Positions 39,141 through 49,867 of a DNA stretch of 64,000 nt are shown here, piece after piece (the first letter of the stretch is position 1; the number at the start of each line of letters is the position of its first letter). The DNA is taken from assembly GCA_963924565.1 (NCBI GenBank), contig OZ004611.1, forward strand, positions 1,054,001 through 1,118,000. Reading direction: 5' to 3'. The stretch is from Ascidiella aspersa (Eukaryota). The notes beneath the pieces are model-generated. The model was not told the DNA's origin, ran no database searches, and worked only from the letters and a program-made list of their open reading frames with translations. A program made the translations under genes and the position numbers.

Positions 39141-41885
39141 GAATATTACAACAAAAAATAGAAGGCAAATAGTTAATAACAAATACACTGGGATTCGAAA
39201 TTCTGGTTCGTTATTCTGTATTCGAAACCTATTGTTCAAGGATACTTTTTTTTCCACTTTGAACATTTCTAGTCGCGTTAACATTGAACAACACAAAGTC
39301 GACAATAAAGCACTTTACCTTGTGCGGCATTTTCCCGATTCCTTTGCAAATGTGTTTCAAACCTTGACTTGTCAGGTTGCAGCCCATCAGATTCAACTCC
39401 ACGATGTTTGGGAGGACGCGAGAAAGCTCAAGAGCTCCTTTGTCGTCGATGTAGTTATAACTCAAAACCAGACATTTGATCTAAAAACAACAAATTGATA
39501 AGCGGATTTAGATTTTAAAAGGTAGGATTGCTATATTTTGAAACGATAAATCCTGGACAAGCTTACTACGGTTGCATTTGACCAACTCAAGATCAGGAGA
39601 CGTCACAAGTTACGTCATAAAGTTACAAAACGTGACGTATTTTTATTAAAAGACGGAAAACACTCGCGTCTCGCGTGTAGAGCGAAAGTGGCTTCGTATA
39701 GTTGAAAAAAAAAATTATTTTCGTGGGTGCGATGAGACACACGGCATTTCTATTGTAAAATTGGCAAAAAAATATTTAGTTCGCGGGGGGTTATCGGTAA
39801 ACGTTTTTTTAGCAAAGATGACGTACAATTTATTGTGGGTGCTTAACTGTGTGAAAAGCATAAGTACCCTCATAAGCAGTGACGTCATCTTCCGCCTTAC
39901 TTCCTGTTGTGGCAAAATATTTCGCCACCTTGGCTGACCCTGAAACATTTTTAACTGCTTTGCTATGTTTATAACAACCAAGATGTGATTTAAGTCAGCG
40001 ATATACCTTTGCATGAAACTGAGACAATTGTGCCTGGCTTGCAAACTAAACACTCTTTTCATTCATTTTTACTATTTGTGAAGCAATTAATAATTTGCCC
40101 GCATTCCACTCGTGGGTTTACAACTTCTCATGCCATTTTGTTCCATAAAGCTACAAGGTCAATTTTAGATTTAGATGTTAGCAGTAAATAACATTGTACG
40201 CAACAGTTATGTCCTTTGAATACTAAGCTCATTACGAAACAGGAAAAAAATTCAACTACTTTTAGTAATCATTATCATTTTTGCGAATTTATTGGCGACA
40301 TATATATTACACAGTACGGTTAAATTCCAGACATATAAACAGATCATTCCTCCCTGACACAGATTTGAACCTATTGAAAGTCACCTAATATGAGCCAAGT
40401 GAATTATAAAAGTTGGTCGCGGTAACATTGAACAAAAAAATGTTCACAATAATAAACATTCCTAGTCGCGTTAACATTCAACAACAAATAATCGACAACA
40501 AAGCACTTTACCTTGTGAGTCATTTTCCCGACTCCTTCGCAAATGTGTTCCAAACCTTGACTTGTCAGGTCGCTGCCCATCAGATTCAACTCCTTGATTG
40601 GTTTGTCGACATGCTGGAGCATCCGTCCCAAGGCGTGGAATGAACTTGTTCCGATGGGTTGGCTGCCAAAATAAGCCTCCACAGGGAAGTGCTTTGCGAA
40701 ACATTGGAGCACTGCTTCATTGCATTCTTGCAAATCAACAATCTTTCCAATATCTAAACACAACTTTATATTTAACAAATATTAAAAACAAGCAACAAAG
40801 AAACAACAAACAAATATAGTAAACGGTCATTGTGGCATCACAAGTGCGAAAACAATCGTGTTTTATTGACGGATGTAAAAATTAAAATAAATTAGCAGAG
40901 TAGAAATATCACAAAGTAACAGAAATGTTATATTCTTACCTTCAGGTTTTTGTTTGAATTCCTCGAGAAAGTGTTCGTAGAACATCTCAGCCTTGACTGC
41001 AAACATGGAAATCATTACTAATAATCATAGCTGTTTACTGTTGTTTTAACACATAAATGCGTCTACTATAACTGTTTACTTCATCGACATTTGCTTGTTA
41101 TTTACACGATTGTTTGACCACAAGGTGTCAGCAGACTAGAATGTTTTGACATTAGTTTTCGCCTTGTCTAATCTCATGCTTATTGCTGTGTTTCATTATA
41201 TATGTTTGTTGTGTAAGATGTTTACAGTACCAATAAATACATAAATTGAATCTTATAATTAACAATGCCAGGTCGGACAACTTAATTTACAGAAAAAAAA
41301 TCAGGATTTAAAAATTCAGTTTAAATGATAACCTCTGACTGGATTAAATTTGTCATTTCACCTTTAACATCGGCTTTAAACAAATAACTTACATTATCCG
41401 CTTAAAATGCAGCTGAAAATTACTAACAAAAACATAGTAATTAATTTAAAAGCATGTTAGCACACTAAGTATATTCTAGTACTGCAATGTTTGGCCATTT
41501 CAGTTATTCTTGTTGAAAACAAGTTTAAGTATAGCCAAGTTTAAAAATTGCCACTTACTTTTATTTTGTTGGTTCTGCGAATTGTTAGTTAAGGTTTGAT
41601 CGACATCAGATTGACTTGGTTGAGTGGCAGATGTTGATGGTTGTTGATTGACAACCTGCATACGAACATAGCTACTTGCCCTAATACCACAAAAACTGTT
41701 AATAAATATTGAGTTAAATGTTTGTGCCAGCATTGTGGATCCAATACCTTGAAACAGTAGTCAAATTTTTCAGGCCACAAAGTAGATTTTGGGGTCGCTG
41801 CGTACCACTTGCTTTTTTCCAGTTTTCAAAATTTTTAATTTTATATTCTTTATTATAGTAAATATTAAATAAATTTGCAAGTTGG
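25367..41885 (-). CDS. LRR gene B (RI/NLR-type LRR), possibly disabled; exons (41748-41885 damaged), 41559-41655, 40940-40996, 40512-40753, 39319-39480, 26615-26776, 25367-25399
   Basis: GT-AG boundaries with compatible phases from 41655 onward, ending MDSVDFGFFQ*. The first visible exon has AA instead of the AG acceptor and a 23-bp insertion relative to gene A. A 10.9-kb retroelement sits in the penultimate intron. Confidence 0.7.
27083..27887 (+). repeat. 5' LTR (805 bp)
   Basis: TGTAGCG...GTAACA. No differences from the 3' LTR seen by eye (constant offset 10120). AATAAA at 27760. Confidence 0.97.
27892..27905 (+). promoter_or_regulatory. Primer binding site TGGTGCCCCGGTGT (resembles complement of elongator tRNA-Met 3' end)
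   Basis: Starts 4 nt after the LTR. The first 10 nt complement the ...CGGGGCACCA end of vertebrate elongator tRNA-Met as recalled. Confidence 0.6.
28087..29847 (+). CDS. gag: Gag (586 aa)
   Basis: First ORF after the PBS. N-terminal coiled-coil-like segment, CCHC knuckle CFFCQVEGHFARDC and RG-rich tail. Confidence 0.92.
   Translation: MEKLTSVLASLNKPVGTSEGSGVSHQDRKMQAQNYIAEIERLNLELDLLRSSRQDHCIALEKSRDMAKGIEQQLRIDQKAHKLTSNAKEAEIKALQKLFKDDSAVKSSTLVALASRPVSYDVEDVKDVSLESPAPPYVSNLYPGLGDKQSDVPGDVPAESVKPVLVGEKFTEDSYNALTPPSSYIPRTSVSDPPRLPRFSFETPWANPQKLKFDNSTKKRVDLAQLMRAAPGKELQWLELNVRQLRQLGLNNENLLTTLLATCDTHLSLQSFLQALLLNINMTSEQKLTTLQEHVKATFKKSHLALISHLRALLENVRYDNVVVNPVQAITTAFAQEGILLDDLASDSPFLRLVEEVLLKKLPTSVALQIEGEPWRNMQKILHRYFTLSTARSSSSDPVKKVLVSHFDDGKTVLSDNNEELKKLTEKVSHLSGLVLQKTIDEKNDRTNNCESNQQSNMLSNDIRSRSKCFFCQVEGHFARDCDLKRLFRANGWNVYSRTGDEVFLSSRSAGRGGGRSTSAGPWRDGRWSRQPTSARDSDNGGNSQRFSGRGRALGRSDQQVPRFNSFNRSNTFRNNDYSQNAFSKN
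29838..29888 (+). promoter_or_regulatory. -1 programmed ribosomal frameshift signal
   Basis: A AAA AAC heptamer directly before the gag TAG, 7-nt spacer, then stem AGGCTGGGG/CCTCAGCCT. The -1 frame is open into pol. Confidence 0.85.
29844..33098 (+). CDS. pol: Pol (protease, reverse transcriptase, RNase H, integrase), interrupted by an in-frame TAA at 32388-32390
   Basis: LLDTGA protease, YIDD RT, TDAS...TDH RNase H, HHCC zinc finger and DDE core (HMDVF, TDNG, KIER). ORFs 29895-32390 and 32394-33098 are in the same frame. Confidence 0.95.
33559..33975 (+). other. Array of ~12 short hairpins in the pol-ORF3 intergenic region
   Basis: Consecutive inverted repeats, e.g. AGGAGG/CCTCCT, AGTGCG/CGCACT, GGGGA/TCCCC, TAAGAG/CTCTTA, AGGAC/GTCCT. 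Confidence 0.6.
34219..34845 (+). CDS. Accessory type I membrane glycoprotein with TSP1-like Cys-rich ectodomain (208 aa)
   Basis: Signal-like N-terminus, PCTASCG and WTLWSEWSAC...RSR motifs, several N-x-S/T sequons, TM VAVIAVIMPLTVLAFVVICLFCL and a basic tail. Confidence 0.8.
   Translation: MHIMKLGCVPMFFLVCFWTCNSVSNIRAWRIKRFVENGTNSVMRCTPCTASCGNSSRICENGIRLPCVLAKCPVSCPKCSSAPGSLGKQNFRLIQGRQVKCSVCLPTWTLWSEWSACHSINKQIRSRNFFAMRGSVLRPIAGESQQIRNCTSNGQIVNVNDTTNISVHPHSVAVIAVIMPLTVLAFVVICLFCLRAYNRSRRLRVPRI
34874..37180 (+). CDS. env: Env-like fusion glycoprotein (768 aa from ATG 34874)
   Basis: Signal peptide, RQKR furin site at 36212-36223 followed by hydrophobic FFFVALLACLF, long heptad-rich region, C-terminal TM and short tail. 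Located immediately before the PPT. Confidence 0.88.
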   Translation: MNWILFSFLFLKLGVVFTQNIQLNDVAVTDASNLDALKLKAMVHPESNASQTSIPLHQLQTNFSSNGSTFFSPIFGNFRSAAKTWTEYHYPTGKYYATPKEYAEECTCDRQRQLVTFRVGVNHIRLSSLHETYLEVNSESHTDVYGKVHDLRSAYSLLTLFLCTLFPKYERIKAVVTLNHEPYNYPSKAKLADWWPVQDYYDLHELTRFRVLNSATPCAETGCLGTMAVSVPVGNPRLFDKDPRASSTDFIFPNDTNIRGHHNEHIIRTPGCLLYSQFGTNGFWAPFNQTTPVDTIGLRMNVHISVFNLRLAHFSNKGLIVKLPYYRLGDKFSILFASYPINWFPNETIFADGDGPPVHDLVLDFQIKKNSCDHNVSVPYQVYNFYDTYPLNLAGDTACQARASRSVCTSATGSLEVSLMHKIPHAPFENERNIPVAPVQFLPTHFRQKRFFFVALLACLFSEAVIHFEMRKLENEFAIRLNKLQSEIDDKFNRVAAQMKQFAVLLTQSNLSLEDLQNTQLALALDLRRFEYMQLNEDRLLLHEIQKNRMLILQTQKSALENTRATLGSSIAQSHAIRACLRSLNTLQALKADNTSLYSLAITRGQVRLRRLATLELRQLNNSMANDSLSLDEAVLNNRTSVVHRDLDRDISALQNVSVATSFTLHPLVFTEDPSLFKFSNSGFLGDVGAGLNSLENVAIHGLDDVRQVVTSTIDDATGILGKPLLVLAIFGGAAAAVILILLTSCYAYRHFRARNDAVYSRGMPIIK
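37188..37202 (+). promoter_or_regulatory. Polypurine tract
   Basis: AAAGGCGGAAGGAAA abutting the 3' LTR. Confidence 0.85.
37203..38007 (+). repeat. 3' LTR (805 bp)
   Basis: Matches the 5' LTR; followed by GGGGG. Confidence 0.97.
39099..39135. repeat. (TA)n microsatellite
   Basis: Directly visible; an expanded version of a short TA run present in paralogous introns. Confidence 0.9.
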
Positions 41886-43721
41886 TTGCATATATATATA
41901 TAGATACACATTGCATCATAACAAGCAAAATTATAATCCAATACTTTGTATAGCAGTAAAGCCAGCTTCAATCAGAGCCCTATTCAATCAGTATACAGCC
42001 TATGCAAATAAACATTAGGCGCATGTTGTACTGTAACGCGAAATTCGGTCTGGAGCCAAAACTGATCCGGTCGGATCTATTTTGGCGTTGGAACAATCGC
42101 TAAAACAGGTCCGGCTAGGCCAAAACTGGTCCGGCCTTCAAAATCGCTTATTTATCCTTAAAAAATAAGAAGCCTGAAAAAAGTCCACATGGTTGAAGTA
42201 AACTATGCTTAGAGTAAATATACTAAATATTACCGTAAAATCGAAAAGAAATTATCGAAAGCTAATGATAAGGGACGGATTAAGCCGGGGGCTGAAGGGG
42301 TTGCAGCCCCAGGCAAACCAAAAAAAATAGGCCCACCACCACTGGCAACTTGATAAGACCAACTGATATTATCTTTGTGAAAAAGGTATATTTCAGAGAT
42401 ATCATCACATCTTGTCGTTTAAACTAAATATAGCGAATATTACCGTAAAATCGATATAATATATATGCTCTGCGTAGGCTAAAGTAATAGCGATTTTTTC
42501 TTGGGGGTGGGGGGAGGTTAAAAAAGGACTTTTCATTCATTGTATATTTTGATTAAATGAGGTTAGATTATATATTCTCACATATTTCTCAAATAAAACC
42601 ATTAACAACCCCAAATAAAACCATTACCAAATCATCAGTTAAAGTTTAATTTGCAAACATTTAAAGTTATGTTTTGAATGTTTTTTTACCTAATTCCAGT
42701 TTTTTAAATTCTATTTAAATTAGTCTGTGGATGATTCGAAACGTTTTTTAATGTATCGCTGTATTTTTGCTCATGTCACTTTTTGCTCATCTATAATTTA
42801 AAAAAATCAATATTTTTTTAATGTTTGAAATATTGTAAAATATTGTATTGCCCTGTTTTTGTATTATTTTGTAATATTATCTGTAAACAAGCTCGTTTGA
42901 AAACCAATATCTTATTGTGTTGCTGTGTTTTTGCTCGTGTTATTTTCACCAATATAATGTTTTGTTGTACTTTTTATGTTGTTTAATAGACATTTTAAGT
43001 TCCAGGCTTTAGTTGCTCTGCTCGACTAAATGTCTTACATCTCCGTAAGTTGTGCCGCTAATTAGCCTAAAAGTTTACACAGTCCTTGTATTGGCTTTAA
43101 CAATTCAGCAATCACAATATTAGCGAAAATATAGACAAAATATTAATAGTTTGAGTTTAGAATTTCGACATTTACCTACAGTTGTACTCTCATCCATGAC
43201 CGCATTTCTAGAAAGAAATCGTTAAAAAATGCGTTCAGCCTCGAATATTTAGTCAAACACGCCAAAAATTCAGTCGCGCTTTACGGGTTTCACTCAGTAG
43301 CACGTACCACCGAATGTTTTACCTGATTCAATGCATTACAACCGCATGAAAGAGTACTAATAAAGCGGCAACACCGACATGTACCACAGTGGCTACAAGA
43401 ATATTGAGCATCTTCGTTAAATACAAAGCAGCTTACTAAAAAAACAAAGTTAACCGACCAAACTAGAACTTCTAAAAGTGAAATCAACGAGCATTTGTTT
43501 TGACACGTGACCGAAATTACTCAGCGGAACGAGCGCTTCCATGATAAATCATGCGTGACGCACTCGATAATATTTCACGAAAGGGACTCCAGCCATAAGA
43601 CCGAAAAAACGTCGGGATAAAACACAGTTGGGAATAAGACCAAAGTGGGACTACTATCTAATAGTCAGAATAACGTTTAAATTCGAATAAGATCGAAATC
43701 CGTCGACATGAGAACTATACG

Positions 43722-43785
43722 TTAGGCCTGTACAATATTTTAATTAGGCCTGTACAATATTTTAATTAGGCCTGTACAATATTTT
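43722..43785. repeat. Tandem repeat, ~3 x 22 bp (ttaggcctgtacaatattttaa)
   Basis: Directly visible. Confidence 0.85.
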
Positions 43786-43920
43786 ACTGTAAGTTTATGG
43801 TAGCAGCTAGAAAATTTGCTTTCACACTTACGTGTTATGATGTCTGTGTTATTTTGCAACATTGCATTGTGTGCAGATTTATTTCTCTTTCGCATTTTGA
43901 TATCGAAGCAATGTTAATCT

Positions 43921-44250
43921 CCAGTGTTGTAAACAAGTCATATGAAATGACTTAAGTCCAAGTCAAGTCATTTGTGAAATAACTTAAGTCCAAGTCAAGT
44001 CATTTGAAAAATAACCCAAGTCCAATTCAAGTCATTTGTGAAAATAACAAGTCAAATCATTATGAGATCAAGTCAATTTCAAGTCATGTCGTCCCATTAT
44101 GAGCAATATTTTAACTAAAATATAACACAACCGCAATATACAGCAATAGAATTGTTTAATGTGCAAAACTAGAGATAAATTTTAATTAAAAACACTTTAT
44201 TTAATCTCACGATATTTGACAAATAAACTGAAGTCCAAGTCAAGTCATCC
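43921..44250. repeat. CAAGT-rich repeat, probable MITE fragment
   Basis: Multiple aagtccaagtcaagtca units after a CAGTGTTG start. Confidence 0.5.
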
Positions 44251-44316
44251 GGATCCCTTGGGGGTCCGTGAACTAGTTTTAGGGAGTCCATCAACGCCTA
44301 ATTTAAATACAGCAAG

Positions 44317-44400
44317 TAGGTTGATTTACCTACTAGAAGAACTCCCAGAAGAAGAAAAATACGCCACAATCAAGCAGCGTCTTTTGAGTGTATTTAGTAC
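44317..44400 (+). pseudogene. Gypsy gag-like remnant
   Basis: LIYLLEELPEEEKYATIKQRLLSVF resembles Gypsy capsid segments; very short. Confidence 0.4.
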
Positions 44401-44554
44401 ATCAAGTGGTTTGCAATCAACCCGAAATGACATTTCGCTTTCGCATTCTACACTGTATACGCGCATTATGATCAAAAACTCCTTAAATGCAACAATATAA
44501 TACGCTGTATATAGATATTTGGTTCTCAATCTCCCCTATCGTCGCGTTGAACCT

Positions 44555-45885
44555 TTATTTACTTATTTTTGTTTACCTTTATTTACTTATTTTTGTTTAT
44601 TTTTGTTTTTTTTTGTTTAAGAAATAGATACGAAAAAGCAATGTAAAACTAGCAAAAAACGATAAGGTCAGAAGGTACTATACAACGGTTACGTACTGCA
44701 GGATTTATTTTAAATCTGTGCCTTCGCACGTGTCTGTGCGACTTCGCCTACGGCTGGCAATTATTAGTAATAGTAATAAAATTAGTGGTAAATAATAAGT
44801 AAAATGGTTGTTGACCAATTTGTAAACCTCGGGCAGCGTCTGCTCCGTTGTTTACATTTAGTTGTCATGGTGAGAAAATAAACAAAATCAATAGAAGATG
44901 ATTAAGCTGTATTTAATACGATTGCAATAGTTGCGATTTCACACTGTCTTGGAAGTGTTTAAAGGTGATATTTTTTTGTTCGTGACGTAAGGTTGCCCAT
45001 ATTTTAGGTCCTATATATTTAAGCTGTTTTTGGCCCGAGATCCTACGTATTTTTTCAACATAGTAATTTTTTGCGTCTCCCAGTCTAGTGTTATGCCTAT
45101 GTATCTCAGATAAAGGTCTTGAAAAATTTTGAAACAAAGCTGGAAGTAAGTTATTTTTGTAATGGTACATGAATTTAAGAATTTCCAATTGTGTTATATC
45201 TTGTATTTGTAGTATTTTGTTTTCTTTGAAGATTGTTTTTGTATGGATATGACTGTAATTGCTGATTCCAGATATGACTCTCAATGCTCTGTTCTGGAGT
45301 ATTTGTAAATGCTGAAGGTGTGATTGGCTAGCTCGTCCCCAGTTTATTATTCCATATTGCAGGTGGGAGTGAATAAAGGCGTAGTATAGCAATAATAATG
45401 TGTTTTTATTTATGTATCGTTTAATTGTGTATAGTACTCCAATGTACTGCGAGACCCTGGATGATACTGCTGTAATGTGTTGTGACCAGTTGACTTTGTC
45501 ATCCATGACAATTCCTAAATATTTAACTGAGTTGCTTCTGTGGAGTTCTACATTATTTATATGAAGTGAAAAATCTGCAATTTTTAGGTTTTAATTGTGT
45601 GTTATTACATATTGAGTTTTTGTATAATTTAGTGATAGTTTATTTGTCCTCATCCAGTCATCTACTTTAATTATTTCCTGTTGCATTTGTTTTTGTAGGT
45701 CCTTTGATTCAAGAGAGGCTGCATAAAATGGTATCATCAGCATACATTTTACATGACATGTCTGTGACATTTGGTAAATCATTTGTGTATATTTGGAATA
45801 ATATTGGAGATAGGATAGAACCTTGTGGTAAGCCACATTTTACTTGTAAGTATTGTGATTTGCGTTGTCTGGTAATTGTAGATAA
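44555..45885 (-). mobile_element. 5'-truncated LINE (CR1/L2-like) with decayed RT
   Basis: GLPQGSILSP, YADDT, KYLG and a C-terminal ORF at 44913-45506, with a frameshift and a stop. Tandem A-rich 3' tail near 44555-44600. Confidence 0.85.
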
Positions 45886-46147
45886 TAATAGTATACAAGG
45901 GTTTAATTCATAAAAAAAACGAAAAGGCCTAAAAGTTTTATTGAAATAGGCCGCGGGCTGGGCTAAATTACTTGACGGGCCGGATATTTATTTAAGCTGT
46001 AAATGCTATTAGGTACAATTATTCGAAAGTAGTTTTATTACCCCAAAAAAATATTGGACGACCGCACGAATAAACCAAATAATTTTTTAAACAGAAACAA
46101 AAATAGTGTTTTGAGCACAGGTAACCCAATTAGTTTACAGTGTATTG

Positions 46148-46450
46148 TGTTTGTTCCTAGGTATACGTACCTTGCCCAAAGAAGACCTGAAGACCTCCAG
46201 CGCCGAATTGGTTTACGGCTCAACCATTCCAATTCCAGGAGATTTCATCCCACCTACGCACGAGGAACCCCCGCCGATCGAATATGTACGAACGTTGCGC
46301 AAGGCACTGTGCAAATTGCTACCAGTGCCAACATCACGCCATTGTAACACTGAACATTCTGTACCGCAATTGTTACTACACAGTCATTTGGTTTTCGTTC
46401 GTAAAGACTCTTACAGACCCCCACTGAATCCACCATATGAAGGTCGTTTT
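46148..46450 (+). pseudogene. Gypsy integrase C-terminal remnant
   Basis: LGIRTLPKEDLKTSSAELVYG...VFVRKD...PPLNPPYEG (GPY/F-type module). Confidence 0.8.
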
Positions 46451-49101
46451 ACATATCATTACCTTTCACAGTACGTCGTAAGCCATCGCAGACTAACCGG
46501 CTCTGTCGATCAGCGATGCAAGCAATGAAATACAGTTTAGAAAAACTATCATTAATCCAGAGGTCCGGTTAGTTTGCGATGGCTTTGTATGAATTTGAAT
46601 AGAACGACATTCACCATGAGGAATATATTTTCAAAAAGATAATAAAGTCAAATACGAAGTCATATCCACGACAGAATAAGATCGAAATCTGCTTCATCGA
46701 AAAACGCCTAGGAAAGAAGTATGAGACGATCGGGCGTTTTGGTGTTTGTCGTTTGGCGGCCTAGTTTGACCGGCACCGTTTTAGAAAAGGTTTAGGGTTG
46801 AAATTATAAAGGGAGATAGTGATGTACTTATGGGTAAGGTTTGGGAGTTCGATAAAATATTGTATAGGCTTGATTTCACCATTTAGTAGGACTTATTAGG
46901 ATTTAGACGTTACTACGACTATTCCGTATTATAACTGTGCTTTATTCCGACGTTGATGTTGCTCTTATTGCGGCCTTATGGCTGGAATCCAATAATCCTA
47001 CGGCGCGAATTGCTGTTAACTTACTCCACTTCAAGTAACCTCATCCACCATCTATCTTCTACATGTTTTACGTCAAACTACTTGGTGATTATGATTAAAA
47101 AATACACCGAAATCTAAATATTAGGCAAACGTTTTTATCTTTAGTAAAAATTAAAATTGATTATTATTACTTTGCATATTAACGCTGGTTTGCTATGTAT
47201 ACGTTGACTGCAAACAGTTAACAATCAACAACAAAGTAGAAAAAAACTATTATAAAACGTTTGTTTTAATCATCCAGGGCACGACGTTGTGTCAGGAGTA
47301 GAGGGTCGGCTCGATAGCCAGCAGAAAATCTGTTTTTCTAAGGAAAGTCTGAGGAAAATCTGAAAATCTGTTTTTCTAACCGCCGTATCGAACACAAATA
47401 AATATGCTACCAACGTTTCGAGCAGCAACTGACCGAGTTTTAACGCAATACTCAAAAAAACATTCAAAATACAAAAACTGTCTAAAAGTAGTAAAACTAC
47501 ATTAATGTATAACGTAATATTCCTACATCGTTTGTGACGTAACAGTCATGGCAATTGAATGTGCGGCATGTATTGCGTTCTTTCACCTTGTCGTTTGTTA
47601 AGTTGGCAGGTGGTAGAGTTGAACGAACAAGACAGCGGGAAGCTTCTAGAAAGTTTGGACGATTAGTAGAAGATGAAGGTTCGAGAACTTCTTCTCAGCC
47701 AACATGTATCTGAATCGAACTAAAGAAACTAAAGGCATGATTCGAAAATTAGTCAAAATGTACGCTTAAGACTCAGGGAACAGGCGCGGTTTAGGTTAAA
47801 TAGCAATTTCAAAAAAGGTACAAATTATACTGTTTTTACAACGAAGGATTAGGTACCATTTATCTAAAAATACACCCAAAGGCAAATACATATAAAGCAT
47901 GAAAAAAAAGGTACCGTTTGAAATGTGCTGTATATTTAAAACCGGATAGAAAATTTACGGTTTAAAAGTAAAGTGGAGTGGGCGTTTTAAAACCCAGGAA
48001 AAAAAGCGCTTAATGCTGGGTGTAAAATTATGGCTCAGGTAAAACGTACAGTCCGAAATTTAAGCGAGAAGTACGTTTGAAAATTTAGAAACGAATAAGC
48101 CACTGTAAAAAGGTGGTCAGGAAATATGTACAAAAGTCAATACATCTAAAACTACAAATACAACTAAATATACATCCAAAAAAATGTTAGAAGTTGTAAA
48201 ATTGAACTTTATTGGAAAAAGTCATTCTTGTCGGGTTTTAGTTAAAGTTATTGTCTTTGTTATTTTACAAAACTAACCTAAGATAATTAAACTAACCTAT
48301 TTTTGCGATTTTCGAACTTTTGGGCTACTAACCTTTTAATAGTTTCTTGGTTTTCTCGATTTGTCTGCCACTAACTATAGATTAGGGATGTGTTTAGTCA
48401 GAACAGTATGATATGGCAAAGAAGTTGAGCACTATACCACCTTCACAATGTGTTTTTGCCAACTCTAACAATAAAACTGCGAAAATGTTTTGCGCTCATT
48501 TCATATATTCACAACTGTTTAGCGCCGGGGTTCTCAGACTTTTTGCGCGCATTTGTAATTTTACTTGTATTACATTACATTGTGTGTCATCACATATTTT
48601 AAACACGTTTTATGCAATGGTTAATGTTTGCGCTCCGGGTGACATTTTGACGTGGTTTCTTTGCAGCCTTAACTGCAAGTAAATGTCCTCAAAACATGTT
48701 TGTCAAAATCAGATGAAAATTAACAGATCGCGCACGGGCAAACAATCCCAGTGCGCCAGGTCTCCTATATTAAAATTTAACCATTTCAAATCAAATAAAC
48801 GATTAGAGTGTACTTTGTGTTTTCATGTTGCCTCATTGATATGTTATCGAAAAATAACGTTTTTAGTATGATATATTTAAGACCCACGGGAGGCGCAAGC
48901 CACAGAACAATTCCCAAAGGGTGGGCGCGGTAGAAAATGGTTAAGAACCACTGTTCTACGTCGGCAGGAACAAGTAGGCCTAATCAAACGCCTGTGTGTT
49001 CATTGAGGCAGTTCGGTGTTTAAGGACTTTTTGTATTTCGGTAAAAAATCCTGGATTTTGGGATTTTTCTCACATGCTGGAAAATATGCACTCCTAAGCA
49101 A

Positions 49102-49867
49102 TTTTTTTTTTTATTGATTTAACGACAATCTGGTGGCAGTCTTACGACTGAAGAAAATCACACCAATTATAACGAAGAACAAACAATTTTAAGGAACAAC
49201 ACGTAATGAATTAATACTGGACACTGGAAAGAATTTGCATCAAAATCTACGAGAAGCTAACAAAAAGTCATGTACAGCGTTAAATAAAATGAGAGATTCA
49301 GAGCAAATTAAATCAGGATGTCCGAACAGAATGTAATTCAACAAAGTAGCATTAGACAAAGAATACAACGCAGTCGGTGACATTCGACTAACAGAGAACA
49401 AATTGCGCTCATTAAAACGGACCTTTCGGCGGTTAATAGTGGACACTCAAAAAACAAATGTATTGGAGTTTCAGAAGCTCCGCAAATACAAGTACGAAAC
49501 GTATATGTTATATTCAGTGGACTGTATATGTTATTATTCAGTGGCCTAATCTCAACATACAAAGAACAGCAGTAATTTTAGGATTATTTCCGTAAAGGTG
49601 GTGTGTATTGGTCGATTTACAGAAAAAATGACGTTTAATATTTTTTTTAAATATTGAAACTGAAGATACAGCCCGTAATTTCGCCGGGAGACCATTCCAG
49701 AGTCGAATTGACTTGCAAACAAACGAGTTATGTATCATTTGGGTTTTCGAGCGGACTACGGGCATTGTTAATGGGTAGCGAAACTCGTAGCTAACAATAT
49801 CTTTTATAAATTTAGGTATGTATGATTGTAGATACGATGGTCCAATGTGATGAATTAACTTAAAGAA
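49102..49867 (-). mobile_element. 3' LINE fragment with poly(A) tail
   Basis: LRLGH...CICG..ET..HLFFEC C-terminal motif with a frameshift. AATAAA/poly(A) end and imperfect TSD taagcaatt/taagctatt. Absent from paralogous sites near 10895 and 21800. Confidence 0.8.

Noticed and set aside
43323-43413. Hydrophobic mini-ORF MLNILVATVVHVGVAALLVLFHAVVMH* near a CAG|gtaaaa donor, as a possible first exon of gene B
   Set aside because: In-frame stop before the donor and no paralog in the window to test it.
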